Shown here: positions 8,280 to 17,003 of the stretch, one piece after another
How the letters are laid out: every line of letters begins with the position of its first letter
Position numbering within the stretch: position 1 is the first letter of the stretch
Assembly (NCBI GenBank): GCA_965203175.1
Contig: OZ241867.1
Coordinates: 3,200,001 to 3,264,000 of the forward strand
Source: Candidatus Latescibacterota bacterium
GTDB taxonomy: Bacteria > Latescibacterota > UBA2968 > UBA8231
Direction of reading: 5' to 3'
DNA: 64,000 bases
Program-made: the position numbers and the translations under genes
Notes under the pieces: model-generated
What the model saw: the letters and a program-made list of their open reading frames with translations, nothing else
What the model was told of the DNA's origin: nothing
The model's database searches: none

Positions 8280-10385
8280 ATGCTCAAGAGGCTGCTGATC
8301 TACACCGCCTGCTGCTTCGCCTTGTACGCCGTTGTCGGCGTAGGTGGCTATCTGATCCTCAACGACAATTTGCCCGACATCGACGCTTGGAGCTTCCGAC
8401 CCAAGCGGATTACCAACGTATATTCGGCCGATGGCCGCCACTTGCAGGACTTCCTCGAAGAAAATCGCGAAATGGTCACCTATGAGGAAATTCCCGCGTC
8501 CATGCAGGCTTCCCTCCTCGCGGCTGAAGACCGGCGTTTCTTCTCGCATTGGGGTATCGACATCTACCGCATCCCCGGATCGCTGCTGGCTAACCTCAAG
8601 GACCGGAGTCTTATCGGCCAAGGGGCTAGCACGCTCACCCAGCAGCTCGCCCGCAAGAGCTTCACTGAGGTCGGCACTCAGCGCAGCAGCGCTTCCTTTG
8701 CGGAGTTGGTGGCCACGTTCGCGCGCAAGATCCGCGAACAGATCACCGCCGTCTTAATCGAGCGCCTGTACACCAAGTCCGAGATAATGACTATGTACCT
8801 CAACACGGTCTATTTCGGCCACGGTGCCTACGGGATTAAGTCGGCGGCGCGCCTGTACTTTGACTGCGAAGTTGATCAACTTGCGCTCGAAGAGAGCGCC
8901 TTGCTCGTCGGACTGCTTCCTGGTCCTAATAACCGCACCCCTCTACGCCACCCCGAACGCGCCCGCAAGCATCGCAATCTGGTGCTGGCCAGCATGGCCG
9001 ACAACGGCGCGATTACGCCAGTTGAGCGCGATTCTCTACGGAACAGACCCATCGCCACTCGCAGGGGTAGCCACGAGGAGACGTATGGCATAGCCCCGTA
9101 CTTTGTCGAGTACGTCCGCCAGCAGATGCAGCGCGAGTTTGGCATGGCAACCTATCGCGAAGGCTTTGTGGTCCACACTACGCTCGACTCGCGCTTGCAG
9201 CAGATCGCCGAAAAGCACTTTGATACTGAAATAAGCAAGGTGCAGGAAAAGGTGGATAAGTACCTAAAAGCCGTAGGCGCGACCCAGAGCGTGCGCGACT
9301 CGGCCGTAGTTCAAGCCGCCTTCGTGGCCATGGATCCGGCCACCGGCCACATCTTGGCCATGATTGGGGGCCGCGACTTCGGCCACAGCAAATTCAACCG
9401 CGCTACCCAAGCCGAGCGGCAGCCTGGGTCCGCGTTTAAGCCTTTCGTGTACACCGCCGCCATCGACAACAACCGCTTTGCGGTGGATGTGCTCGACGAC
9501 AATGCCTTTACGCTCTGGGACCACAGACGCGAAAAGTTTTGGGACCCCGAGAACTACGACAAGAAGTTCATGGGGCCGATGACGCTGCGCGACGGGCTAA
9601 AACAGTCGCGCAACCTCATCTCCATTAAGCTGGCCGACGAGATCGGCCCAGCCCTGATTCGGAGCTATGCCCGCAACATGGGCATATCCACGCCCATCCA
9701 AGCCATCCCCTCCATCGGCGTTGGTACGAGCGAAGTGTTACTTCTCGACATGGTAGCTGCGTACGCGGTCTTCCCCAACAAAGGTATCTACGTCGAGCCG
9801 ATGGCCATCAGCCGCTTGGAGCGCAAGGATGGAGATGTCTTTTTTATGCAGGAAAGCGGTCGCAAGCAGGAGGTGCTGCGGCCGGCTGTGGCCGTGGTTG
9901 TCGCGGATATGCTGCGCTCGGCCGTCGATGAAGTCGGCGGCACCGGACGTCGCATCCGCACGGTCTACGGCTTCCGACCGCAAGCGGCCGGCAAAACCGG
10001 CACGACCAACGACTACACGGATGCGTGGTTCATCGGCTTTACGCCCCATCTCGTAGCTGGGGTCTGGGTCGGGCTAGACGACCCCAGCCTGCGCCTGTGG
10101 CCGAAACAGGCTGGCTCTTCGGCGGCCCTGCCGTTGTGGGCGGAGTTTATGAGGGAGGTGTATGCGAGCGTGGAACCCTATCGCGGTCTGAGAAACCGCG
10201 GGTTCGATGAACCAGAGGATCTCGTTGTACGCCGCGCGGTCTGCAATGACTCCTACAAGATCGCGACCCGCTTTTGTCCCGATCAGAAAGAGGAGATCTT
10301 CATCGCTGGCGAAGTACTGCCGAGCGCGTGCCCCCTGCACGGACGATCCCAAGAGCAGGACCCCGGGCACATCCAGCGGTTTTAA
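8151..10385 (+). CDS. Class A penicillin-binding protein (PBP1A family)
   Basis: Transglycosylase motifs EDRRFFSH, GASTLTQQL, RKIREQ; transpeptidase motifs SAFK, SRN, KTGT. True start may be 8220 or 8280. Confidence 0.93.
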   Translation: MNKELPGRVVEGAKRVPSLLLSNVNKGLLDRVVERVKGAFSLSMLKRLLIYTACCFALYAVVGVGGYLILNDNLPDIDAWSFRPKRITNVYSADGRHLQDFLEENREMVTYEEIPASMQASLLAAEDRRFFSHWGIDIYRIPGSLLANLKDRSLIGQGASTLTQQLARKSFTEVGTQRSSASFAELVATFARKIREQITAVLIERLYTKSEIMTMYLNTVYFGHGAYGIKSAARLYFDCEVDQLALEESALLVGLLPGPNNRTPLRHPERARKHRNLVLASMADNGAITPVERDSLRNRPIATRRGSHEETYGIAPYFVEYVRQQMQREFGMATYREGFVVHTTLDSRLQQIAEKHFDTEISKVQEKVDKYLKAVGATQSVRDSAVVQAAFVAMDPATGHILAMIGGRDFGHSKFNRATQAERQPGSAFKPFVYTAAIDNNRFAVDVLDDNAFTLWDHRREKFWDPENYDKKFMGPMTLRDGLKQSRNLISIKLADEIGPALIRSYARNMGISTPIQAIPSIGVGTSEVLLLDMVAAYAVFPNKGIYVEPMAISRLERKDGDVFFMQESGRKQEVLRPAVAVVVADMLRSAVDEVGGTGRRIRTVYGFRPQAAGKTGTTNDYTDAWFIGFTPHLVAGVWVGLDDPSLRLWPKQAGSSAALPLWAEFMREVYASVEPYRGLRNRGFDEPEDLVVRRAVCNDSYKIATRFCPDQKEEIFIAGEVLPSACPLHGRSQEQDPGHIQRF

Positions 10386-10388
10386 AGA

Positions 10389-12179
10389 TCACAAAACGAA
10401 GAAGATGTAGAACAGCCCGCCGAGAATACCACCCGATAGGCCGCGCACGATGGCCTTGTTCTCTGGTTTGATCACCGTTTGTTCGACCATGTCGCCTCCG
10501 CCTAAGACCTCGTGTAACCCCTTGGGCACCAAGTCCGAGCTATAGGCTTGGACGCGGCGGTCCCAGCGCACGATGCGGTCGGCAGTCGTTTCTATTCTGA
10601 GAAAGAGATCGCCATAGGCGTCGCGCCGTTGTTCGTTGCTCCAAGGAAGTAGCCATCGGGCGGTCGGCGAATACACCACTCGTGCCCTGACTAGCCGGTA
10701 GTACACCACGTCGGCTGGCGAGTCTTCTGGCTGGCGCACGAGTACCTGATAGCCCCGCTCCTGCAAGGTCTCGATCAGGGCGTCCTCGACGACCCAATTA
10801 GCCTCGTTCTTGTGGTCTTCGGCTTGGAGGAAAAGCCGCGTGCCCGAAGATAGAGGCAGAGCATCCATTTGGTGGTCTAGAGCGAGCACAAAGGCTTGAT
10901 TGATCAACTGCAAGTCCGTGGGAGTTTGCTTTTTGCCGCCTTGGGCTTGGCCCATTTCTTCCCACACCACGCGGACCGTGTTCGCGCCGCGCAGGGGAAT
11001 GAAGTGCTCCCGCCCTACGGGCTTACATGCACTCTGCCAAGTAAAAGGCCCCGGGCGCTGAGGCACGGCTTCGAGCGTCACTCGGATCGCCGCACCCGCG
11101 TTTAAGCTATCCAAGCCGCTTACCAGCAGGCTCGGTGCGGTTTCCTCTTCGCTTTGTACGAGTGCTGCGCCTGGCGGCCCTTCTATCAAGGAGACATCCG
11201 AGAACGCCGGCGCAACTTGCAGGCGCAGGGCCGCAAGACCGATGGGGCTGGCGCTCTCATTGCGCCATATACAGGTGATTGGCCCGCGCTTGCCCACCTC
11301 CATAAACCCAGCTCCCAACGCCATCATAAACCCAGGCTCCAATGCCATCACGGGCAGCGGGTCCACCTGCAAGTGCCGGGTTGCCAAGTCCACTGGACTT
11401 TGGCCAGAGACCCGCGCAGTGACCGCCAATGGTAGGGGGCCGAGGTGGCCCGAAGCCACGCGTACCGTCCAAGAGAGCGTGTCGGCCTGCCCGGGGGCCA
11501 AGCTACCCTCCCAATGCTGCGGGGTGTCGCCCTCCGGCCAGTTCAGTTCCGGGGGCCAGCTCCAGTTTAGCTGTTCTAAGGGTGGTCCCGATACATCGTC
11601 AAAGCGCACAATCGCGCGCAAGTCAAAGCGCTCGCCCTGATAGACTCGCTGCGGCTCAATGGACCACGAAATGGCTGGCGGCGGGCGGACTGCTAGGTCG
11701 AATTCGATCTGGTGGGCCGGAGCACCCTGTGGGTTGAGCGAGGAGTAGATCGCTGCGGACCAGTCAATTTTTCCCACCTCCGCGGCGGCTAGGTCGATGT
11801 AGAGGGTATCGATGTGTTCTCCGGCCAAAGGCCGCGCCGCATAGTCTATGCCGATTGACGCCCCCTTTAGCTGCGCTTGGCCTAGTGCGGAGCGGACGTT
11901 CTGCAACCGCGCGTTGCCGAGGCACCCTAGCTCCGCGCTGACTATGGCTTCGCCATCGCCGGGAAAGTAGTGCAGATAGAGAATGGACTGCTGGTCCAAC
12001 GCTGGCCCAGCAATCGCCGGTTGGTCCAGACGCGCACTGAGCGTCGAGCGAGCGCTCGCCGGCACCACTGCCGCCCACAGCGCGATGACTACCCCTAGCC
12101 CGCGCCAATAACTGCCATAGCCGACTGCGCCCTCTCCGCCCTGAAGGCCGCGCCTTCCTACTGTCCCTCGGGTTGCCAT
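10389..12179 (-). CDS. Hypothetical exported beta-rich protein with C-terminal hydrophobic anchor
   Basis: 596-aa ORF; signal-like 'GLGVVIALWAAVVPASA'; ends GLSGGILGGLFYIFFVL; GAGG RBS and a promoter upstream. Confidence 0.7.
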   Translation of the reverse strand: MATRGTVGRRGLQGGEGAVGYGSYWRGLGVVIALWAAVVPASARSTLSARLDQPAIAGPALDQQSILYLHYFPGDGEAIVSAELGCLGNARLQNVRSALGQAQLKGASIGIDYAARPLAGEHIDTLYIDLAAAEVGKIDWSAAIYSSLNPQGAPAHQIEFDLAVRPPPAISWSIEPQRVYQGERFDLRAIVRFDDVSGPPLEQLNWSWPPELNWPEGDTPQHWEGSLAPGQADTLSWTVRVASGHLGPLPLAVTARVSGQSPVDLATRHLQVDPLPVMALEPGFMMALGAGFMEVGKRGPITCIWRNESASPIGLAALRLQVAPAFSDVSLIEGPPGAALVQSEEETAPSLLVSGLDSLNAGAAIRVTLEAVPQRPGPFTWQSACKPVGREHFIPLRGANTVRVVWEEMGQAQGGKKQTPTDLQLINQAFVLALDHQMDALPLSSGTRLFLQAEDHKNEANWVVEDALIETLQERGYQVLVRQPEDSPADVVYYRLVRARVVYSPTARWLLPWSNEQRRDAYGDLFLRIETTADRIVRWDRRVQAYSSDLVPKGLHEVLGGGDMVEQTVIKPENKAIVRGLSGGILGGLFYIFFVL

Positions 12180-12270
12180 TTAGTTCGCCTCTTCATCGCT
12201 ATTGCCGTGTGCTGGCCCTTGGCCAAAAAAAGCCTAACTTACTTTTTAACTGTAACTTACGTATAATTCA

Positions 12271-12299
12271 AGCCTAACGTACGACGAGGGTGCTGTCAA
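12271..12299 (-). promoter_or_regulatory. sigma70-type promoter (leftward)
   Basis: Minus strand TTGACA-17 nt-TAGGCT. Confidence 0.6.
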
Positions 12300-12332
12300 G
12301 GCGGAAGCCCCTATCCGCATCCGTAGAAAGGC

Positions 12333-12361
12333 TTGACTGAACCAGTGCACTCCGCTAGGTT
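12333..12361 (+). promoter_or_regulatory. sigma70-type promoter (rightward, divergent)
   Basis: TTGACT-17 nt-TAGGTT. Confidence 0.5.
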
Positions 12362-12365
12362 GTAA

Positions 12366-12482
12366 ACTGGCTTAGCCATCACCCTGTTGTGCATTATCAT
12401 CATGTTCGCCGTCATGCAGTTTACTGGGCGCACCGATTGGAACGCGGCGTGGCAGCAAAAGCCGCGCCCCTCTTTATGCTAG
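12366..12482 (+). pseudogene. Remnant resembling the C-terminus of a CreD-like inner membrane protein
   Basis: Translates TGLAITLLCIIIMFAVMQFTGRTDWNAAWQQKPRPSLC*, directly after an in-frame TAA; final TM helix + T-x-R-x-DW pattern recalled from CreD-like proteins. Confidence 0.4.
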
Positions 12483-13126
12483 ACTGGCTATTCCCCGCGC
12501 TCGGCGCGCTCGGCCTCGGCGCGCTGTGTGCTCCTATGGCCCTTGCCTTGCGCTGTCGGCGCGAGGATCTTCCGGAGTCTTGGGAATGGGGAGTGCGGCT
12601 GTCCTTTTTTTCGGGGGGACTGGGGCTTGGTCTGCGGTGGGGACCCAAGGGCCTGCGCATCGCGCCCGTACTCTTGGGCCGATTCCTGCCGTACCCTTCG
12701 CTGCCGCTGCGGACCCGGGTGAAGCGCAGGCCAAAAACACGGCGAAAAGCCGAGCAAGAAGCCGTGCCCAAAGCCCGCGAGCGGAATCTGCGCGCGCTCG
12801 TGCGCCTGCTGATCAAGCCCAGCCTTAGGCTATTGGCGAGCCTGCCGCGCATCATTCGGCTCAAAAGGCTGCAAATCCAGGGCCGCTTGGGCTTTGCCGA
12901 CCCGGCCCAAACCGGACGGATCTACGGCTATTTACAGGCGGTTGCAGCAGCGCACCAGGGAAAGATACAAATAAACGTTAGCCCGGATTTTGTGCGCGCG
13001 GGGGCCTTTGGCCGCTTGGACTTGGTCGCTCATTTGCACTTGGGCTTGCTAATTTTGCTCTTGGGGCGTTTTGGCTCGCAGGCGGCATACCGCTTGTTGG
13101 CCGCGCGCTTCCGCACTGAAAACTAA
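12476..13126 (+). CDS. DUF2953-domain protein
   Basis: Start refined to ATG 12476; N-terminal TM; 'GFADPAQTGRIYG' and 'PDF' motifs; adjacent to ytfJ as commonly seen. Confidence 0.65.
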   Translation: MLDWLFPALGALGLGALCAPMALALRCRREDLPESWEWGVRLSFFSGGLGLGLRWGPKGLRIAPVLLGRFLPYPSLPLRTRVKRRPKTRRKAEQEAVPKARERNLRALVRLLIKPSLRLLASLPRIIRLKRLQIQGRLGFADPAQTGRIYGYLQAVAAAHQGKIQINVSPDFVRAGAFGRLDLVAHLHLGLLILLLGRFGSQAAYRLLAARFRTEN

Positions 13127-13152
13127 GCTTGATCTAAGTCGAGGAGCTTTTC

Positions 13153-13533
13153 ATGGCATCGTCCGTAGAATCCCTAGTCGAGCGCGTCCTAGGCGAGCTG
13201 CACCGCATCGTGCAAACCGAAACCGTCATCGGACAGCCGTTTCAGGCTGGCGACTTGACCATTATTCCGGTATCGAAAATATCGTTTGGCTTTGGGGCCG
13301 GCGGAGGACAGGAGGGCAAGGGGCAGAGCGGGACGGGCGGCGGCGCGAACATCGAACCCATCGCCTTCCTCATCGTCGATGCCGACGGCAGGGTGCAGGT
13401 GGCGTCCATCGGCGATCAGGATGCTGCTTGGAATCAGATTATCGGGCTGGTGCCCGAGGCCATCGCCAAGATCAAGAAGTTCGTCAGCAAGAACAAAGAG
13501 AAAGATGCCAAGGGCGAGGGCGAGGGCGATTGA
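13153..13533 (+). CDS. ytfJ: YtfJ/GerW family protein
   Basis: 'ETVIGQP..TIIPVSKISFGFGAGGG...GGGANIEPIAFL' signature; GAGGAG RBS. Confidence 0.85.
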   Translation: MASSVESLVERVLGELHRIVQTETVIGQPFQAGDLTIIPVSKISFGFGAGGGQEGKGQSGTGGGANIEPIAFLIVDADGRVQVASIGDQDAAWNQIIGLVPEAIAKIKKFVSKNKEKDAKGEGEGD

Positions 13534-13539
13534 GCCACC

Positions 13540-14061
13540 TCAGTGGTGGTCTTGGCTGGTGGGGAATACCTTGAAGCACCCGTCTAGCAACAGGTGGGTG
13601 TACCAACCGACGATGCAGGCTATAAAGAACACCACGTGCCCTTCTAGCAGGGTGTGGACGTTGTCCCAGGTAAATTCCCCGAGAAAAGCCTGCCGCGCCC
13701 GCCAGTATTCGTAACTCGTGCCCAGCACCCCTACGGTGATGAACGGGCTGATCTTCCAGTGCGTCCAGCCGCGATGGTGATCCAAAAGCGGTAGGACGCA
13801 CAAGAGGCCCACTAGCGTCGCCAACTCGTAGTGTTCGGTCCAGCCCAGATAGAGCAGGATGCAGAAGACGCCGCGGAAAAACCACCTCTGCGCCACTGAA
13901 GCCGTGTCCAAGTCGGGAAAGAGGGAGAAAAACAGCGCGGTGCCGACGACAGCAGCTTGGGTCGTCAGGTCGTCGGGCGCGACATAGCCGGAGGAAACCG
14001 CGCCTATCGCGACTCCGGTCCCCGTGACGACTCCTCCCAAGACATGTCCTTTGAAGTTCAC
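13540..14061 (-). CDS. Membrane-bound metal-dependent hydrolase (YdjM/DUF457-like)
   Basis: N-terminal GH, 'FPDLD', 'HHRGWTH', 'HLLLD' motifs among TM helices. Confidence 0.8.
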   Translation of the reverse strand: MNFKGHVLGGVVTGTGVAIGAVSSGYVAPDDLTTQAAVVGTALFFSLFPDLDTASVAQRWFFRGVFCILLYLGWTEHYELATLVGLLCVLPLLDHHRGWTHWKISPFITVGVLGTSYEYWRARQAFLGEFTWDNVHTLLEGHVVFFIACIVGWYTHLLLDGCFKVFPTSQDHH

Positions 14062-14071
14062 GATTCCACGC

Positions 14072-15118
14072 TCATTTTTTTTGCTGATGATAGAGCTGGC
14101 CGCAGGCCGCGTCGATGTCTCGCCCGCGGCTGTGGCGCACGGTAAACTCGACGCCGCAGCCTTTGAGCACTTGGTAAAACTGCTCTAGGCGCTGACGGGC
14201 GGGCCGACGGAAGCGGCGGTCTGTTGTTTCATTATAGGGTATGAGGTTGATCTTGCAGGGAATGTCGCGGGTTAGTTCGGCCAGCCGCCGCGCGTCCGCG
14301 TCTGCATCGGTCAAGCCGGCCATGAGCACGTATTCGAAGGTGACGCCATAGCCGCGACAGGCGAAAAACTCGCACGCGACCGCCAAGAGGTCGGCGATCT
14401 TGTACTTGCGATTGATCGGCATGAGTTGTTCGCGCATCTCGTCGGTCGTGGCGTTGAGCGAAATGGCCAACCCCACGTTGAGATCTTCGGCCATGAGCCG
14501 GCGGATGCCCGGGATGTAACCCGCAGTGGATACCGTGACTTTCCGCCCCCCCAACCCAATGCCCTCTTTTAGGCGCATTAGCCTTAGCGCGCGCGTGACC
14601 GCCGGGTAGTTGAGCAGCGGCTCGCCCATTCCCATCATCACCACGTTGGTCACCCTCTCGCCTCGCTCGCGGGCGAAGTGGTTCACCTGCAAGAGTTGAT
14701 CGACGATCTGCCCGGCTTCGAGGTTGGCTATCATCCCCATCCGCCCGGTGGCGCAGAACTTGCAGTCGAGCGGGCAGCCCACTTGCGACGACAGGCACGC
14801 CGTGCGTCGGGTGCTATCGACGATCAGGACGGATTCGATCCGCTGCCCGGTGGGCAGTTCAAAGAGAAATTTGACAGCCTCGCCCGTGGCCGACTCTTGA
14901 CGCTCGACCAAGTTCAGGCAAGTAATGCGCGTCCGCTCAGCGAGCTTTTCCCGCAAAATTTTGGAGATGTTGGTCATCTCCTGGATGTCGCGCACGCCCT
15001 TGGCGTAGAGCCAATCGAGGATTTGACGAGTGCGGTACGCCGGTTCTTCGAGCTCGCCGACGAGCTGATCGAGCTCTCCGGGCAGCATGGCTTTTAAGTC
15101 GTAGAGCTGACTAACCAC
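14072..15118 (-). CDS. rlmN: 23S rRNA m2A2503 / tRNA methyltransferase RlmN
   Basis: 'CLSSQVGCPLDCKFCATG', 'MGMGEP', 'NLIPYN', 'RGRDIDAACGQL'. Confidence 0.95.
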   Translation of the reverse strand: MVSQLYDLKAMLPGELDQLVGELEEPAYRTRQILDWLYAKGVRDIQEMTNISKILREKLAERTRITCLNLVERQESATGEAVKFLFELPTGQRIESVLIVDSTRRTACLSSQVGCPLDCKFCATGRMGMIANLEAGQIVDQLLQVNHFARERGERVTNVVMMGMGEPLLNYPAVTRALRLMRLKEGIGLGGRKVTVSTAGYIPGIRRLMAEDLNVGLAISLNATTDEMREQLMPINRKYKIADLLAVACEFFACRGYGVTFEYVLMAGLTDADADARRLAELTRDIPCKINLIPYNETTDRRFRRPARQRLEQFYQVLKGCGVEFTVRHSRGRDIDAACGQLYHQQKK

Positions 15119-15234
15119 CTTAAAAGTCCTTGACGATTATATGGTATATTATATATGTTAAACGTTTGCGGCTATTGGTCAACGGTGCCCCAACCGTTGT
15201 CGATTCTCTTACTTTTCTCTCCTACACTTTGAAT

Positions 15235-16566
15235 ATGCGATTCGGATTTTCCATCTGGTCATGGGGCGTCCTATTGGGCTGCCTTGCGCTTATGGCGCTG
15301 CGCTTGGGGATGTCCTTTCAACACTCGGCGGTTGCAACTGTCCAACTTGGGGAAGTAGCTCTTACTCCGGCCGCTGAGGCCGCACTGTGGGAGCCGTCCT
15401 TTGTCGGCCCCCCGGTTCCACCACCCCCCGACGACCTCACGCGGACAATTGCCGCCGCGCTGAGCCGCGGGGATTCCATCGACCGCTCGCTCAAGCACCA
15501 CCGTGTCCCGAGTGACCAATTGGAGCCGCTGTACCAAGCGCTGTACGCGATTCTCAATCCCGCGCAAGTCAAGCCGGGTGACTACTACGAGGTCGCAATC
15601 GACACTAGTGACGTCATTCGCCGCTTCTGCTACACGCCTCACCGCACCCCGGATCGTCCGATTGAGGTAGAGCTGCGCGACGGCCAGTTCGTCGCCCGCC
15701 AGTTGCAGCTACCGCTGGAGCGACGGGTCGAGCGGCTCGAAGTGCGCATCGAAAACAACCTCTCCAACGCCATCAGCGAGGCCGGGGAAGGCAGCGCGCT
15801 CAGCGACTTGATCGCCGATGACATATTTGGCGCAGTCATTGACTTCCAGCGCGACCCGCGTCGCGGCGATCGGCTGGGGATCGTCTTTGAAAAGCTCTAC
15901 CTAGACGAGCGCTTCGTCCGCTACGGCCACGTCCTCTTGGCGCGCTACGAAGGCGAACGAGTGACCGAATTGGCGGTCCGCTATGCTCCCGCCGAGGGAG
16001 AGGACGCCTATTACAACGCCAGCGGTCGCTCCCTCGGTCGGATGTTCGTACTCAAGCCCCTTGGAGTCAATCGCATCACCTCGCCCTTCAACCGCCAACG
16101 CTTCCATCCCGTACTCAAAAAGCAGCGGCCCCATCTGGGCACGGACTACGGTGCGCCGACCGGCACCCTAGTGTGGACTACGGCTCGCGGGGAGGTTGCG
16201 TACGCCGGCTGGAAAGGCGGTTACGGCAAGTTAGTCGAAATTGTCCATTCCAATGGCTACCGCACCCGCTACGCGCACCTGAGCAAGATATTGGTTCGCA
16301 AAGGTCAGCTTGTACAGCAAAAAGAGATCATCGGCAAAGTTGGTGCCACCGGACTGGCGACTGGTTCCCACCTGCACTACGAAATCATCAAGAATGGCCA
16401 TCACATCAATCCCGAACACATCAACACGGGCAGTGTCATTCCAACCCTAGCCGACGACCTGTTACCCGATTTTGTCCGGAAGCGCGACGCGCTTTTGCAT
16501 GCCCTCTCGCTTGGCTCACGCCACTTGGCTTTTCACACAGGCCCCTTGACATCTACCCTGCCCTAG
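15235..16566 (+). CDS. M23 family peptidoglycan DD-endopeptidase (MepM-like)
   Basis: Start refined to ATG 15235; N-terminal TM; 'HLGTDYGAP', 'YAHLS', 'HLHYE' zinc motifs. Confidence 0.9.
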   Translation: MRFGFSIWSWGVLLGCLALMALRLGMSFQHSAVATVQLGEVALTPAAEAALWEPSFVGPPVPPPPDDLTRTIAAALSRGDSIDRSLKHHRVPSDQLEPLYQALYAILNPAQVKPGDYYEVAIDTSDVIRRFCYTPHRTPDRPIEVELRDGQFVARQLQLPLERRVERLEVRIENNLSNAISEAGEGSALSDLIADDIFGAVIDFQRDPRRGDRLGIVFEKLYLDERFVRYGHVLLARYEGERVTELAVRYAPAEGEDAYYNASGRSLGRMFVLKPLGVNRITSPFNRQRFHPVLKKQRPHLGTDYGAPTGTLVWTTARGEVAYAGWKGGYGKLVEIVHSNGYRTRYAHLSKILVRKGQLVQQKEIIGKVGATGLATGSHLHYEIIKNGHHINPEHINTGSVIPTLADDLLPDFVRKRDALLHALSLGSRHLAFHTGPLTSTLP

Positions 16567-16586
16567 CTTGTATTGGCTGTCTCGCT

Positions 16587-16988
16587 ATGGAATTGAAATC
16601 GCTGCAAGAAATCGAGAATCTAGCCGAGCGCGACGGTCGCTATAAAAGGGATGCGTACCTCTTTGTGTACGACGCGCTGGAGTACACAGTGCAAAAGCTC
16701 GGCAAGGACGCCTTGGCCAGCGAGAAGCGGCACATTTCCGGCCGAGATCTGCTCTTTGGCATCAGCGAGTACAGCGCCGATCAGTTTGGACCGCTTACCT
16801 GCTCGGTCTTTACCTACTGGGGCGTCGAGCAGACGCGCGATTTTGGCGAGATTGTCTTCAATTTGGTCGGCGCGAATTTGCTGCGCAAAACAGATGAGGA
16901 CCGGATTGAGGACTTCATCAATGTGTACGACTTTGCCGAGGAATTCGACTGGAAGAAGCGCAAGGCCGACCTCAAGCGCCTGTCCTGA
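16587..16988 (+). CDS. Minf_1886 family protein
   Basis: Start refined to ATG 16587; 'DGRY..DAYLFV..ALEYT..RHISGRDLL..FGPL..WGV..TRDFGEIVFNLV..D..EDF'. Confidence 0.8.
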   Translation: MELKSLQEIENLAERDGRYKRDAYLFVYDALEYTVQKLGKDALASEKRHISGRDLLFGISEYSADQFGPLTCSVFTYWGVEQTRDFGEIVFNLVGANLLRKTDEDRIEDFINVYDFAEEFDWKKRKADLKRLS

Positions 16989-17003
16989 GCGCGGGACGCG
17001 AAG

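Noticed and set aside
16173-16586. Long N-terminal extensions in the ORF track (also 466, 3497, 15130, 55318, 58315)
   Set aside because: They overlap neighbouring genes or promoters; downstream starts match the family N-termini better
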